Source: a virus
DNA length: 64,000 bases
Reading direction: 5' to 3' (one strand)
Virus record (IMG/VR): IMGVR_UViG_3300042374_000500
Coordinates: 2,306-66,305 of that record
Shown here: piece after piece, positions 1-7,672 of the stretch
Position numbering within the stretch: the stretch's first letter is position 1
Layout of the letters: each line of letters starts with the position of its first letter
The notes under the pieces: model-generated
Databases searched by the model: none
Seen by the model: only the letters and a program-made list of their open reading frames with translations
What the model was told of the DNA's origin: nothing
Made by a program: the position numbers and the translations under genes

Positions 1-96
1 AGAAAGCAATCCAGCTTCTTTGTCAGCTTTAGTTACAGGTTCGGTCATTAAATAACCGACAGAGCTTGCTCTGATTAGTGTTTCGTTCCAGTTCAT
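1..96 (-). CDS. YqaJ/lambda-exonuclease-like recombinase, N-terminus (truncated by the window edge)
   Basis: Manual translation gives MNWNETLIRASSVGYLMTEPVTKADKEAGLLS. The R-x-SS-x-G-x-LMT-x-P pattern is typical of phage YqaJ exonucleases. The ATG overlaps the stop of 96..455. Confidence 0.6.
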   Translation of the reverse strand, partial: MNWNETLIRASSVGYLMTEPVTKADKEAGLLS

Positions 97-455
97 TAAA
101 GTGTGTTTAGTTTTTTGTTATAATGTTCTAATAGTTCAGGATTGCTTTTACTCATTAACTCCCAAGCTTTTAATTCCTCTTTTGTTTTGCAAGAATCAAT
201 AAATGATTTTGTCTTTTCGGCTAATGTTTGTTTTGACTGAGTAGGAATTACTTCAATAACTTCATCATGATAATACCCTAAGCTTTTTAATCTTTCTACA
301 TTTTGTTTGTGATACTCTTCTACCAACTCTCTTGCAATATCAAGAGCTTTGTTTGCAGACTCACCTTGATTAAGAGAAAATTCAACGCCAATTTTTTCAG
401 ACGAGTAATTGCCTAAATTAAATGTTCTAGTGTAGTTAACGGTTTGGATGTGCAT
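96..455 (-). CDS. hypothetical protein (recombination operon)
   Basis: 119-aa ORF translationally coupled to the next gene. Confidence 0.7.
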   Translation of the reverse strand: MHIQTVNYTRTFNLGNYSSEKIGVEFSLNQGESANKALDIARELVEEYHKQNVERLKSLGYYHDEVIEVIPTQSKQTLAEKTKSFIDSCKTKEELKAWELMSKSNPELLEHYNKKLNTL

Positions 456-460
456 AATAC

Positions 461-658
461 TTATTTTGATCTTGTTACAATTGTTTTTTCATCAATAAAT
501 TTAATTTTAAACATTTTACTTTCATGTCCTTTTTTCTTTTTAAGATTTGAAACCATAACCATAACTGATGTGTATGGGTTATCTAATCTAATACTTTCTC
601 CTAATGTCAAATCAGCCACCTTACTTGAAACTGATTCTGGATCTATTTTTCTTGCCAT
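461..658 (-). CDS. small basic hypothetical protein, possibly DNA-binding
   Basis: 65-aa ORF directly downstream of a promoter-like region with two 16-bp motifs. Confidence 0.6.
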   Translation of the reverse strand: MARKIDPESVSSKVADLTLGESIRLDNPYTSVMVMVSNLKKKKGHESKMFKIKFIDEKTIVTRSK

Positions 659-673
659 TTTATATATTTTTTG

Positions 674-720
674 TAAAATTAATTTAATTAAATATAATAA
701 CCAAAATTAATTTAATTAAA
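674..720 (-). promoter_or_regulatory. promoter with two copies of AATTAATTTAATTAAA (677-692, 705-720)
   Basis: On the minus strand, -33 TTTG (702-705) and -7-like TAATTTTA (674-681) with a 20-nt spacer; two exact motif copies. Confidence 0.55.
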
Positions 721-750
721 AACCCTCCCAGTATAGAAATACAGGAGGGT
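716..750 (-). terminator. Rho-independent terminator after ninG-like gene
   Basis: Stem ACCCTCC/GGAGGGT followed by a T-run on the minus strand. Confidence 0.65.
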
Positions 751-792
751 ATATTTGCTTAAAACCACCAATCTACAATTACTTCTGTAAAA

Positions 793-1329
793 TTAAATAA
801 ATTTCTTTTTTACTAAGTTAAGCTTTGCCCTGTATTCTAGGATCAAAGATTTAAGCTCATCTCTTGTTGGTCTTACTGCTTGTCTTGCTATTTCTCTAAG
901 GTATTCAACTAATGCCCCATTTTCTTTATGTAATTTATATTCAAATTCTTCAATATTACCAGTTTTGAAATAGTTACACTCCATACATTGAGGTCTGCAG
1001 TTTTCATCCATCCATCTAGTTCCAAGATTTGATCTACCCATAAAATGACCGCATTGTATTTCTGCTATAGTATGTTTCTTACCACAAGTATAACATTCTA
1101 CCATACCTGTTTTATCTGCATATTTATTTCTTAAATACTGGCTAAATACATGATCAAGATCTGAAACTAAATTCTGAAAACTTTCTGAATCATCTTCAAA
1201 CTCTTCCATTCTTTTTTGCGTAGAAACTACTGTAGCACATTGCTTGCACATCTTTTTAGAAAAATGATAATCAATATTCCCGCAACTAACGCATCTTTTC
1301 TTCTTCACTATTATTGTTGAATTTCTCAT
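793..1329 (-). CDS. ninG: NinG/Rap-like recombination endonuclease (HNH-type, Zn-binding)
   Basis: D-x-x-FSQYLR, CYTCG, QCGHFMGR and NCRPQCMECN motifs. Confidence 0.8.
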   Translation of the reverse strand: MRNSTIIVKKKRCVSCGNIDYHFSKKMCKQCATVVSTQKRMEEFEDDSESFQNLVSDLDHVFSQYLRNKYADKTGMVECYTCGKKHTIAEIQCGHFMGRSNLGTRWMDENCRPQCMECNYFKTGNIEEFEYKLHKENGALVEYLREIARQAVRPTRDELKSLILEYRAKLNLVKKKFI

Positions 1330-1456
1330 CTTCTTTTAGTTTATGTAGTTTATCATTTATGAACCTAAATTTACCTATGTATTCACCTTTTTTTGTTACT
1401 TCAATTACCATATCTAATCTCTTAGCCATTTCATAAATCAAATCCCTATTCTCCAT
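1286..1456 (-). CDS. small hypothetical protein (56 aa, not in the ORF track)
   Basis: Manual translation MENRDLIYEMAKRLDMVIEV...; fills the gap between its neighbours. Confidence 0.5.
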   Translation of the reverse strand: MENRDLIYEMAKRLDMVIEVTKKGEYIGKFRFINDKLHKLKEDEKFNNNSEEEKMR

Positions 1457-1796
1457 ACTTCTCTTTTAAACTTTGTATCATATGCCAATCTCTTATTTCT
1501 TCTTCAGACATTTTAATTTCACTTATTAATAAACTATCTTGGTTATAAGTTTGCTTATAATATTCTTCAGCACTCCTCCCATAATTATTTTTTTTATTAC
1601 TTTTATTTGTTGCCAATATATCTTTCATAAATTCCCACGCTTCTACTGCTTCTACATCTTTACTGTTTCTTGCATCTATAATTTGTTGTTTTTCTTTTTC
1701 ATATAGATTTTTAGCATTGTTAAGAAACCATATTTTAAATTCATTTAGTTCCATAGAACTATAATGCTCAATTAATTCTTTCATTGCAGTTTTCAT
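1446..1796 (-). CDS. hypothetical protein (MKTAM...EKEKQQIIDA...AEEYYKQTY family, common in Bacteroidota phages)
   Basis: 116-aa ORF with a recognisable phage motif. Confidence 0.65.
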   Translation of the reverse strand: MKTAMKELIEHYSSMELNEFKIWFLNNAKNLYEKEKQQIIDARNSKDVEAVEAWEFMKDILATNKSNKKNNYGRSAEEYYKQTYNQDSLLISEIKMSEEEIRDWHMIQSLKEKYGE

Positions 1797-1817
1797 AGGT
1801 TATTATTTTTGGTAGGG

Positions 1818-1904
1818 CAAAGATAATTAATTTAATTAAACCACAAAATAAATTTAAAAAAAAGTTAAAAAAATTTGGGTATTTAAAAAATAACACTATT
1901 TTTG
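1818..1904. promoter_or_regulatory. divergent Bacteroidota sigma-A promoters with the 16-bp motif at 1825-1840
   Basis: Minus strand: TATCTTTG (1818-1825) with TTTG (1844-1847). Plus strand: TTTG (1874-1877), 19 nt, TATTTTTG (1897-1904). Confidence 0.7.
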
Positions 1905-1928
1905 TCATCCAATAATCAAAACAAATTT

Positions 1929-2126
1929 ATGGAAATCAAAACTGAATTAAGGCTTCACGAAAGAATAAAAGAAGCTTTAGATGGCCGTACACAAAGGTGG
2001 CTGTCATTAAATGCAAAGATACCAGAATCGGAATTATCACGAAAGATGCAGGGTAAATTATTATTTACTGATGCAGAAATATCTCGTATTAACGAGGCGT
2101 TGAAAACCGATTTTATAAACGATTAA
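1929..2126 (+). CDS. Cro/XRE-like helix-turn-helix regulator
   Basis: RTQRWLSLNAKIPESELSRKMQG HTH pattern. The ATG at 1929 is preferred over the TTG at 1902, which lies inside the promoter. Confidence 0.7.
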   Translation: MEIKTELRLHERIKEALDGRTQRWLSLNAKIPESELSRKMQGKLLFTDAEISRINEALKTDFIND

Positions 2127-2136
2127 GATAAAAAAA

Positions 2137-2868
2137 ATGCCAAAAGATACATTCTACTTCTCGCATGATTACAATGCGCGCAATGATGAGAAGATAAAAA
2201 GACTAATAAGAAAGCATGGCATGATAGGCTATGGTATATTTTGGTCAATAGTAGAGGATTTATATAATAATGCGAACGCATTGCAAACGGATTACGATGG
2301 CATTGCGTATGATTTAAGAACGGATAGCGATGTTGTTGCATCCGTAGTAAATGACTTTGATTTATTCGTTTTTGATGGTGATTTTTTTGGTAGTAATTCG
2401 GTACAAGAAAGACTTGATCAGAGGAATATAAAAAGCGAAAGTGCAAGAAAATCAGCAAGTTATAGATGGAATAATGCGAACGCAATGCAAACGCTATCCG
2501 ATAGCAATGCTAAAAAGGAAAGGAAAGGAAAGGAAATAAAAGGAAAGGAAATAAAGGAAATAAACATTTCGTTTGATTCTTTTTGGGATTTGTATGACAA
2601 GAAAACAGGTGAAAAAGGAAAGCTAACTGAAAAATGGAATAAGTTGTCTGACTCTGAAAGAACAGAAATTATGAGATATATTCCAAATTACAAGATTTGC
2701 CAGCCTGATAAAAAGTTTAGAAAAGATCCACAAACATTTTTAAACAACAAATCTTGGAATGATGAGCTTATAGGTTCGGGAGAAATACCAAAACAACAAA
2801 TTTATAAAAACGATGACTTTGAGGCGTACAAGAAACGCCAACAAGAATTAGGAAAAACTTTAAATTAA
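2137..2868 (+). CDS. DUF4373 (Lin1244-like) replication initiator, lambda O/DnaD-like
   Basis: N-terminus YFSHDYNARNDEKI...GYGIFWSIVE; KERKGKEIK linker; C-terminal FDSFWDLYDKK...PQTFLNNKSWNDE domain. Confidence 0.8.
   Translation: MPKDTFYFSHDYNARNDEKIKRLIRKHGMIGYGIFWSIVEDLYNNANALQTDYDGIAYDLRTDSDVVASVVNDFDLFVFDGDFFGSNSVQERLDQRNIKSESARKSASYRWNNANAMQTLSDSNAKKERKGKEIKGKEIKEINISFDSFWDLYDKKTGEKGKLTEKWNKLSDSERTEIMRYIPNYKICQPDKKFRKDPQTFLNNKSWNDELIGSGEIPKQQIYKNDDFEAYKKRQQELGKTLN
2266..2565. repeat. iteron-like repeats and purine tract (candidate replication origin)
   Basis: AATAATGCGAACGCA(T/A)TGCAAACG at 2266-2289 and 2470-2493; (AAGGA)n tract at ~2515-2560. Confidence 0.55.
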
Positions 2869-2872
2869 TACG

Positions 2873-4738
2873 ATGATAGCTACTATTTTTAAAAACATTT
2901 TTAGCAAGGAACCACATTTCATAACCGTTGACAAAGCACTTGAAAGGATTAAGCTAGGTGCAAGTAAAGCTTTGGTTTTAGACATTAGGTTGGCTTTGGA
3001 TAAGGAAAAGGCTAATAAGCTAAAGCTCAATTTACCTTCAATTTGCTTTAGCGGTAAGTTTGGAGCAGATAGGAAGGATGAGCAATTGGTTGCGCATAGC
3101 GGATTTATAGTTTTAGATTTTGATGATATTTCTGATTTAAGGGATAAACAGACTGAAATCATTCAAAAGGATTTTGTGTATGCCTGTTGGGTTAGTCCTT
3201 CAGGTAATGGGTTAAAAGCTTTGGTTAAAATAGCGGATGGCAAAAAGCATAGAGAGCATTTTCAATCATTACAAGAGGTTTTCCCAGAAGTTGACCGAAG
3301 CGGAATTAATGTTAGCAGGGTTTGTTACGAAAGTTTTGATCCCGATATTTACATCAACGACAAGGCTGCGGTTTTTACCAAAGCAAAAAAAATAGAAAAG
3401 GTTGTAGTCAACGAAATTGAAACAATTGACGATTCTGAAAACTTTCGTAGAATTCTAAAATGGCTAACCAATAAAAACGATGCTTTTGTCACTGGAGAGC
3501 GAAATACTTACATTTTTAAGTTGGCATCTGCATGTTGTAGGTTTGGAATCAACGAGGAGGCCGCTTTAAGCCTCATTTCAGCCGAATATTTAGTGAGTAA
3601 CGACTTTACTATGTCGGAGATGAGAAGCGCTGTAAAGAGCGGATATAGGGCAAATAGGGCTATTGCTGGTTCGGCTATTATACAAAAGGAAAAGTTGGTC
3701 AATAAGACTACGAATTTTGAAATTGATGTTAAGAAGGAATTTGTAGATGAAAAAGGCGATAACTACAGGGTTGAAGATGTGGTATATGGAATTGATGTAA
3801 AGGATAAAGCTTTGCTTATCAATCAAAATGGATTTGACAAGGTTATGGGGGTTGGTGTTCCAGAGCTTGATTATATTTTTAAGCCAAAAAGAGGCGAAAT
3901 TACATTACTTACTGGTATTGGTAACTACGGTAAAACAGCTTGGCAAAAATCCCAATTGCTAAGTAGAATCATCATGTATGGAGAAAAGATTGCTACATTT
4001 TCTCCGGAAGATACACCAGCGGAAGAATATTTTCATGACTATGTTGAGATGCTTTTGGGATGTGAGTGTACTCCGTTTAACCCAAATAGACCGGCTAATG
4101 ATATTTACGAGGCAGCCTATGATTATATTTCAAAGCATATTTTTTATATTAGTGCAGAGATGCTTTCGCCTACACCCCAATATATCAAAGAAAAGTTTTT
4201 GGAATTGATTGTGCAAGAGAAGGTTGATTTTTGTTGTATAGATCCATTTAACCAAATGACCAATGATTACAAAGGTTTTGGTGGAAGAACTGATAAGTAT
4301 TTGGAAACATTATTGGCTGATTTTTCAAGATTTGCGAAAAAGAATGATGTGTATTTTTGGGTTATTGCGCATCCAAAATTAATGGAAAGAGATAGGGGTG
4401 GAAACTACAAATGTCCAGATGTATTTGATGTGAATGATGGGGCTATGTGGAACAATAAAATGGATAACATTACAGTTTACCATAGACCATTTGCGCAGAC
4501 AGATCCAAGTAGTCCGGTGGCAGAATTTCATTCTAAGAAAATTAAAAAGAAAAGTGTTGGTAGAAAAGGGTTTGTTATGGTTGAGTATATTTGGGATAGA
4601 AGAAGATTTTTTATTGAGGGAAGGGATTTTATACAAGAAATGTTGAATAAAAAAGGACTTGATTTTTGGAAAAGAAAAGAAGCTAATCAATCATGGCTTC
4701 CATATAAAGATGAAGAAGGTGGAGAAGTAATATTTTAA
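2873..4738 (+). CDS. primase-helicase: BT4734/VirE-N primase-like domain, PriCT and SF4 (DnaB/Twinkle-like) helicase
   Basis: LDFDD, SPSGNGLK, GERN, Walker A GIGNYGKT, IDPFN, VIAHP. Confidence 0.85.
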   Translation: MIATIFKNIFSKEPHFITVDKALERIKLGASKALVLDIRLALDKEKANKLKLNLPSICFSGKFGADRKDEQLVAHSGFIVLDFDDISDLRDKQTEIIQKDFVYACWVSPSGNGLKALVKIADGKKHREHFQSLQEVFPEVDRSGINVSRVCYESFDPDIYINDKAAVFTKAKKIEKVVVNEIETIDDSENFRRILKWLTNKNDAFVTGERNTYIFKLASACCRFGINEEAALSLISAEYLVSNDFTMSEMRSAVKSGYRANRAIAGSAIIQKEKLVNKTTNFEIDVKKEFVDEKGDNYRVEDVVYGIDVKDKALLINQNGFDKVMGVGVPELDYIFKPKRGEITLLTGIGNYGKTAWQKSQLLSRIIMYGEKIATFSPEDTPAEEYFHDYVEMLLGCECTPFNPNRPANDIYEAAYDYISKHIFYISAEMLSPTPQYIKEKFLELIVQEKVDFCCIDPFNQMTNDYKGFGGRTDKYLETLLADFSRFAKKNDVYFWVIAHPKLMERDRGGNYKCPDVFDVNDGAMWNNKMDNITVYHRPFAQTDPSSPVAEFHSKKIKKKSVGRKGFVMVEYIWDRRRFFIEGRDFIQEMLNKKGLDFWKRKEANQSWLPYKDEEGGEVIF

Positions 4739-4756
4739 TAATAAAAAACAAACACA

Positions 4757-5095
4757 ATGATCAGAATTAGCGTAATCGGAAGATTAGGACAAGATGCAGT
4801 AGTTAACACAGTGAATGGTAAAACAGTGATTAATTTTTCAATGGCTTACAGCGAAAAGTTTAAAAACCAACAAGGTGAAGATGTAGATAAGACTACATGG
4901 GTTTCATGTGCTTATTGGACAGACAAATTAAATGTATCTAATTACTTAAAAAAAGGTACAATGATTTACATGGAAGGTAAGCCAGAAGCAAAGACTTACA
5001 ATAACGATAAAACAAAAGAAGTGATTGCGCAGTTGCATGCTAGAGTTACATCTTTACAACTTTTATCAGCAAAACAAGACGAAAATAATGCATAA
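4757..5095 (+). CDS. ssb: single-stranded DNA-binding protein
   Basis: IGRLGQDA...TTWVSCAYW...YLKKG OB-fold SSB motifs. Confidence 0.9.
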   Translation: MIRISVIGRLGQDAVVNTVNGKTVINFSMAYSEKFKNQQGEDVDKTTWVSCAYWTDKLNVSNYLKKGTMIYMEGKPEAKTYNNDKTKEVIAQLHARVTSLQLLSAKQDENNA

Positions 5096-5316
5096 TGTAT
5101 ATTCACGAATTAATAAACCCTATAGAAGTTGAAACACCACTTGGACGCGGAAAAGCAATCGCATGGATTGACTACGGAACAGAAGTCAATACCGTTTGGA
5201 AAGTCGTATTTTACCACAATGGTATGGTGCGGAACTTTTACGATAAAGACATACTCATCTATCCAAATAAAATGGACGGTGGGGACATAGATTTAAAGTA
5301 TTTTAAAACCCAATAA
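5095..5316 (+). CDS. hypothetical protein
   Basis: 73-aa coupled ORF (V-x-TPLG-x-G-x-A...IDYG phage family). Confidence 0.65.
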   Translation: MYIHELINPIEVETPLGRGKAIAWIDYGTEVNTVWKVVFYHNGMVRNFYDKDILIYPNKMDGGDIDLKYFKTQ

Positions 5317-5317
5317 T

Positions 5318-5590
5318 ATGCAACAAGAATTAGTATTTGACGGAACTGATTATGTTCATGAAAGAGATGGTAAAAGATTAGCTAAGAATCATTTTAAATT
5401 AAAGGAACTTATGCAAGATCAAAGGTTTAGAACCCTTAGTGAAATTTCAGCCATCACTCATATACCTGAAGCATCAGTATCGGCAGGTTTGCGTGATTTT
5501 AGGAAAGAAAAGTTTGGTAGGCATACCCTAAATAAAAATTATTTAGAAAATGGCTTATATTCGTACCAATTAATCCTAAATAACACATAA
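5318..5590 (+). CDS. winged-HTH-like hypothetical protein
   Basis: RTLSEIS...PEASVSAGLRDFRK. Confidence 0.6.
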   Translation: MQQELVFDGTDYVHERDGKRLAKNHFKLKELMQDQRFRTLSEISAITHIPEASVSAGLRDFRKEKFGRHTLNKNYLENGLYSYQLILNNT

Positions 5591-5591
5591 A

Positions 5592-5714
5592 ATGGCAAAA
5601 GTTAAAACAGATTCAAGAAAGGTAACATTTGGTAGTAGAAAAAAAGGCAGTGCAAAGAAATCGTATAACAAACATTCTCCAAAACCCAAGCAATATCGCG
5701 GTCAAGGAAGATAA
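5592..5714 (+). CDS. small highly basic peptide (40 aa)
   Basis: MAKVKTDSRK...KQYRGQGR; the YRGQGR C-terminus is typical of a common phage small protein. Confidence 0.6.
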   Translation: MAKVKTDSRKVTFGSRKKGSAKKSYNKHSPKPKQYRGQGR

Positions 5715-5723
5715 AATTAAATT

Positions 5724-5864
5724 ATGAATAATAAAGCAGCTAAAAAATTAAGAAGATTATCTGTGTTTATGGCATCAGGTGCTGGTAAAACATTAGAGGA
5801 TGCTAAAAGGATATATAAAAACCTAAAAACAGTACATAAAGAAAATAAAAAAGCCCCTCGTTAA
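5724..5864 (+). CDS. small basic peptide (46 aa)
   Basis: Manual translation MNNKAAKKLRR... Confidence 0.5.
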   Translation: MNNKAAKKLRRLSVFMASGAGKTLEDAKRIYKNLKTVHKENKKAPR

Positions 5865-5878
5865 AAAGGGGCTAATTT
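5847..5878. terminator. bidirectional terminator between convergent genes
   Basis: AGCCCCT/AGGGGCT stem with A/T flanks. Confidence 0.7.
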
Positions 5879-5892
5879 ACGTTTTTTTAAGA

Positions 5893-6156
5893 CTAAGCGT
5901 TTGCGGCTGTATTAACTTGCGCTACAGTAGAAGTTGTGTAAAACAATACTGGTACTTGATTTAAGCCAGTAGGAGCTACTTCAACTATTGAGTTCATAGT
6001 TACTCCATTTGCTACAGTTCCTGAAGGAGCTGGGTAAGCCATAATTGTGTTTACTGGGAATCCGTAAGCAATACCTGAAGTTGCAGGAGTTCCATTAGGG
6101 TTTAATAAAGCATATTGGTTTCTTTGATATGCTGTAATTGATACTATACTTGCCAT
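5893..6156 (-). CDS. small putative virion protein, paralog of 6194..6514
   Basis: Shares Y-x-RNQY-x-L-x-NPNGTPATSG...VANGV-x-MNS...P-x-GLNQ with its neighbour. Confidence 0.65.
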   Translation of the reverse strand: MASIVSITAYQRNQYALLNPNGTPATSGIAYGFPVNTIMAYPAPSGTVANGVTMNSIVEVAPTGLNQVPVLFYTTSTVAQVNTAANA

Positions 6157-6193
6157 TTTTTAATATTTTTGATTGTTTTTAAATTTTTTTTAA

Positions 6194-6514
6194 TTAAGCT
6201 GCTGTTGTTGTAGTTGTAGTAGGAGCCGCTGTAGTTGTAGTTGTAGTTGCAATACCACTTCCGTTAATAGCTGCAATTAATTGAGCAACAGTTTGATTGG
6301 TATACAACTTTTCAGCTGGTTGGTTAAGACCGCTTGGGTACATAAGAATCAATGAATTCATTTGTACGCCATTTGCTACTACAGTTGTTGGTTGTACCTG
6401 TAAATCAACAGTAGGTAATGAGAATAACACACCGCTAGTTGCAGGGGTGCCGTTAGGGTTCGTTAAATCGTATTGGTTTCTACGATAAACATAAACTGAT
6501 AAATGATTTGCCAT
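6194..6514 (-). CDS. small putative virion protein with a C-terminal poly-Thr tail
   Basis: Paralog of 5893..6156; ends ATTTTTTAAPTTTTTTAA; -7 box TATATTTG at 6558-6565 (minus strand). Confidence 0.65.
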   Translation of the reverse strand: MANHLSVYVYRRNQYDLTNPNGTPATSGVLFSLPTVDLQVQPTTVVANGVQMNSLILMYPSGLNQPAEKLYTNQTVAQLIAAINGSGIATTTTTTAAPTTTTTTAA

Positions 6515-6618
6515 TTTTTAATTGTTTTTTTTGTTATAAATTTTTTTTTGGGCAATACAAATATAATAAATTTTGGTAGATATAAAAAATCGTGTAATTT
6601 TAATTAAATTAATTAATT

Positions 6619-7284
6619 ATGAAATTGAAAGCTCCAAGTAATAGAGTAATCATTAAGGTTGATTTAGAAAGTAAAAACAGCCATACATTTAAGGATGGTA
6701 CAAAGATAAAATTAGAAAGAGTATATGATAATTTTAACATGCGTTATGTTAAGCCTGTTAATGCTGAAGTAGTTGATGCTACGGATATACCTGCTGGTTC
6801 TGAAATTTTAATTCATCATAATGCTACTCATGATACTTATAAAATTTTTAATTATCAAAAACCAACAGCTGAAGCATCTTCAGATATGCAATATTTCTCA
6901 ATACCTATTGAAGAATGTTTTATGTGGAGAAACGAAAAAGGTTCTACATGGAACCCTTTAAATAATTTTATTACTGGTCTAAGGGTATTTGAACCATACA
7001 CTGGATTCCTACAAGGAGTTGAACCTACTTTAGTTAAAAATAAGATTTATGTTACTAGCGGTGAATTAACCGGAAATGTTGTAGGCACTGTAATATCAAG
7101 TGATTATGAAATTATATATCAAAATGATGACGGAACTGAAGGTAGGATTATAAGATTAAGATATTATCCGGAAGGCAATGATAGAAACGAAATAATTTCA
7201 GTTGAACATGAACTGACTGAGAAGGTAGTAAAGGGTGATTTATTGATTGGTTATAATATTTCAGATGCTAAAAAATTAAATTAA
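6619..7284 (+). CDS. GroES-fold-like conserved phage protein upstream of terminase
   Basis: MKLKAPSNRVIIKVD...AEVV...G-x-EILIHHN resembles a divergent co-chaperonin. Confidence 0.45.
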   Translation: MKLKAPSNRVIIKVDLESKNSHTFKDGTKIKLERVYDNFNMRYVKPVNAEVVDATDIPAGSEILIHHNATHDTYKIFNYQKPTAEASSDMQYFSIPIEECFMWRNEKGSTWNPLNNFITGLRVFEPYTGFLQGVEPTLVKNKIYVTSGELTGNVVGTVISSDYEIIYQNDDGTEGRIIRLRYYPEGNDRNEIISVEHELTEKVVKGDLLIGYNISDAKKLN

Positions 7285-7670
7285 TGTCAGCAGAATTAGA
7301 AACCAAAATTAAGGATTTAGAAAAGCAAATAGCTTATTTAGAAGGAAAAAATGCTTATTATCAGCAAGATGGGATAGGTAAGCTTTATCATGCACTTAAT
7401 AGGAAAGCTAATGAAATGGCTGAATTGTTAAATAAAACAAGTCTTACTGCAATTGATATTGACGATCCTAAAATTAAGACATTTGAAAGACTACAAAAGA
7501 TATGGGTAGATGCTGGAACGATTTCAGCTTCAATTAAAGCTTTAGAAGTATTAGCCGGTATTAATCAAGAAACAAACGATAAAAAAGAAATAGTTCAGGT
7601 TAATAGAAAGCCATTTTCTCCAGAAAACATGGCCGACGCGGTAGGCGAATTAGCTGGTAAAAGATATTAA
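7284..7670 (+). CDS. helical protein, possible terminase small subunit
   Basis: Position immediately before terL; coiled-coil character. Confidence 0.4.
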   Translation: MSAELETKIKDLEKQIAYLEGKNAYYQQDGIGKLYHALNRKANEMAELLNKTSLTAIDIDDPKIKTFERLQKIWVDAGTISASIKALEVLAGINQETNDKKEIVQVNRKPFSPENMADAVGELAGKRY

Positions 7671-7672
7671 TT

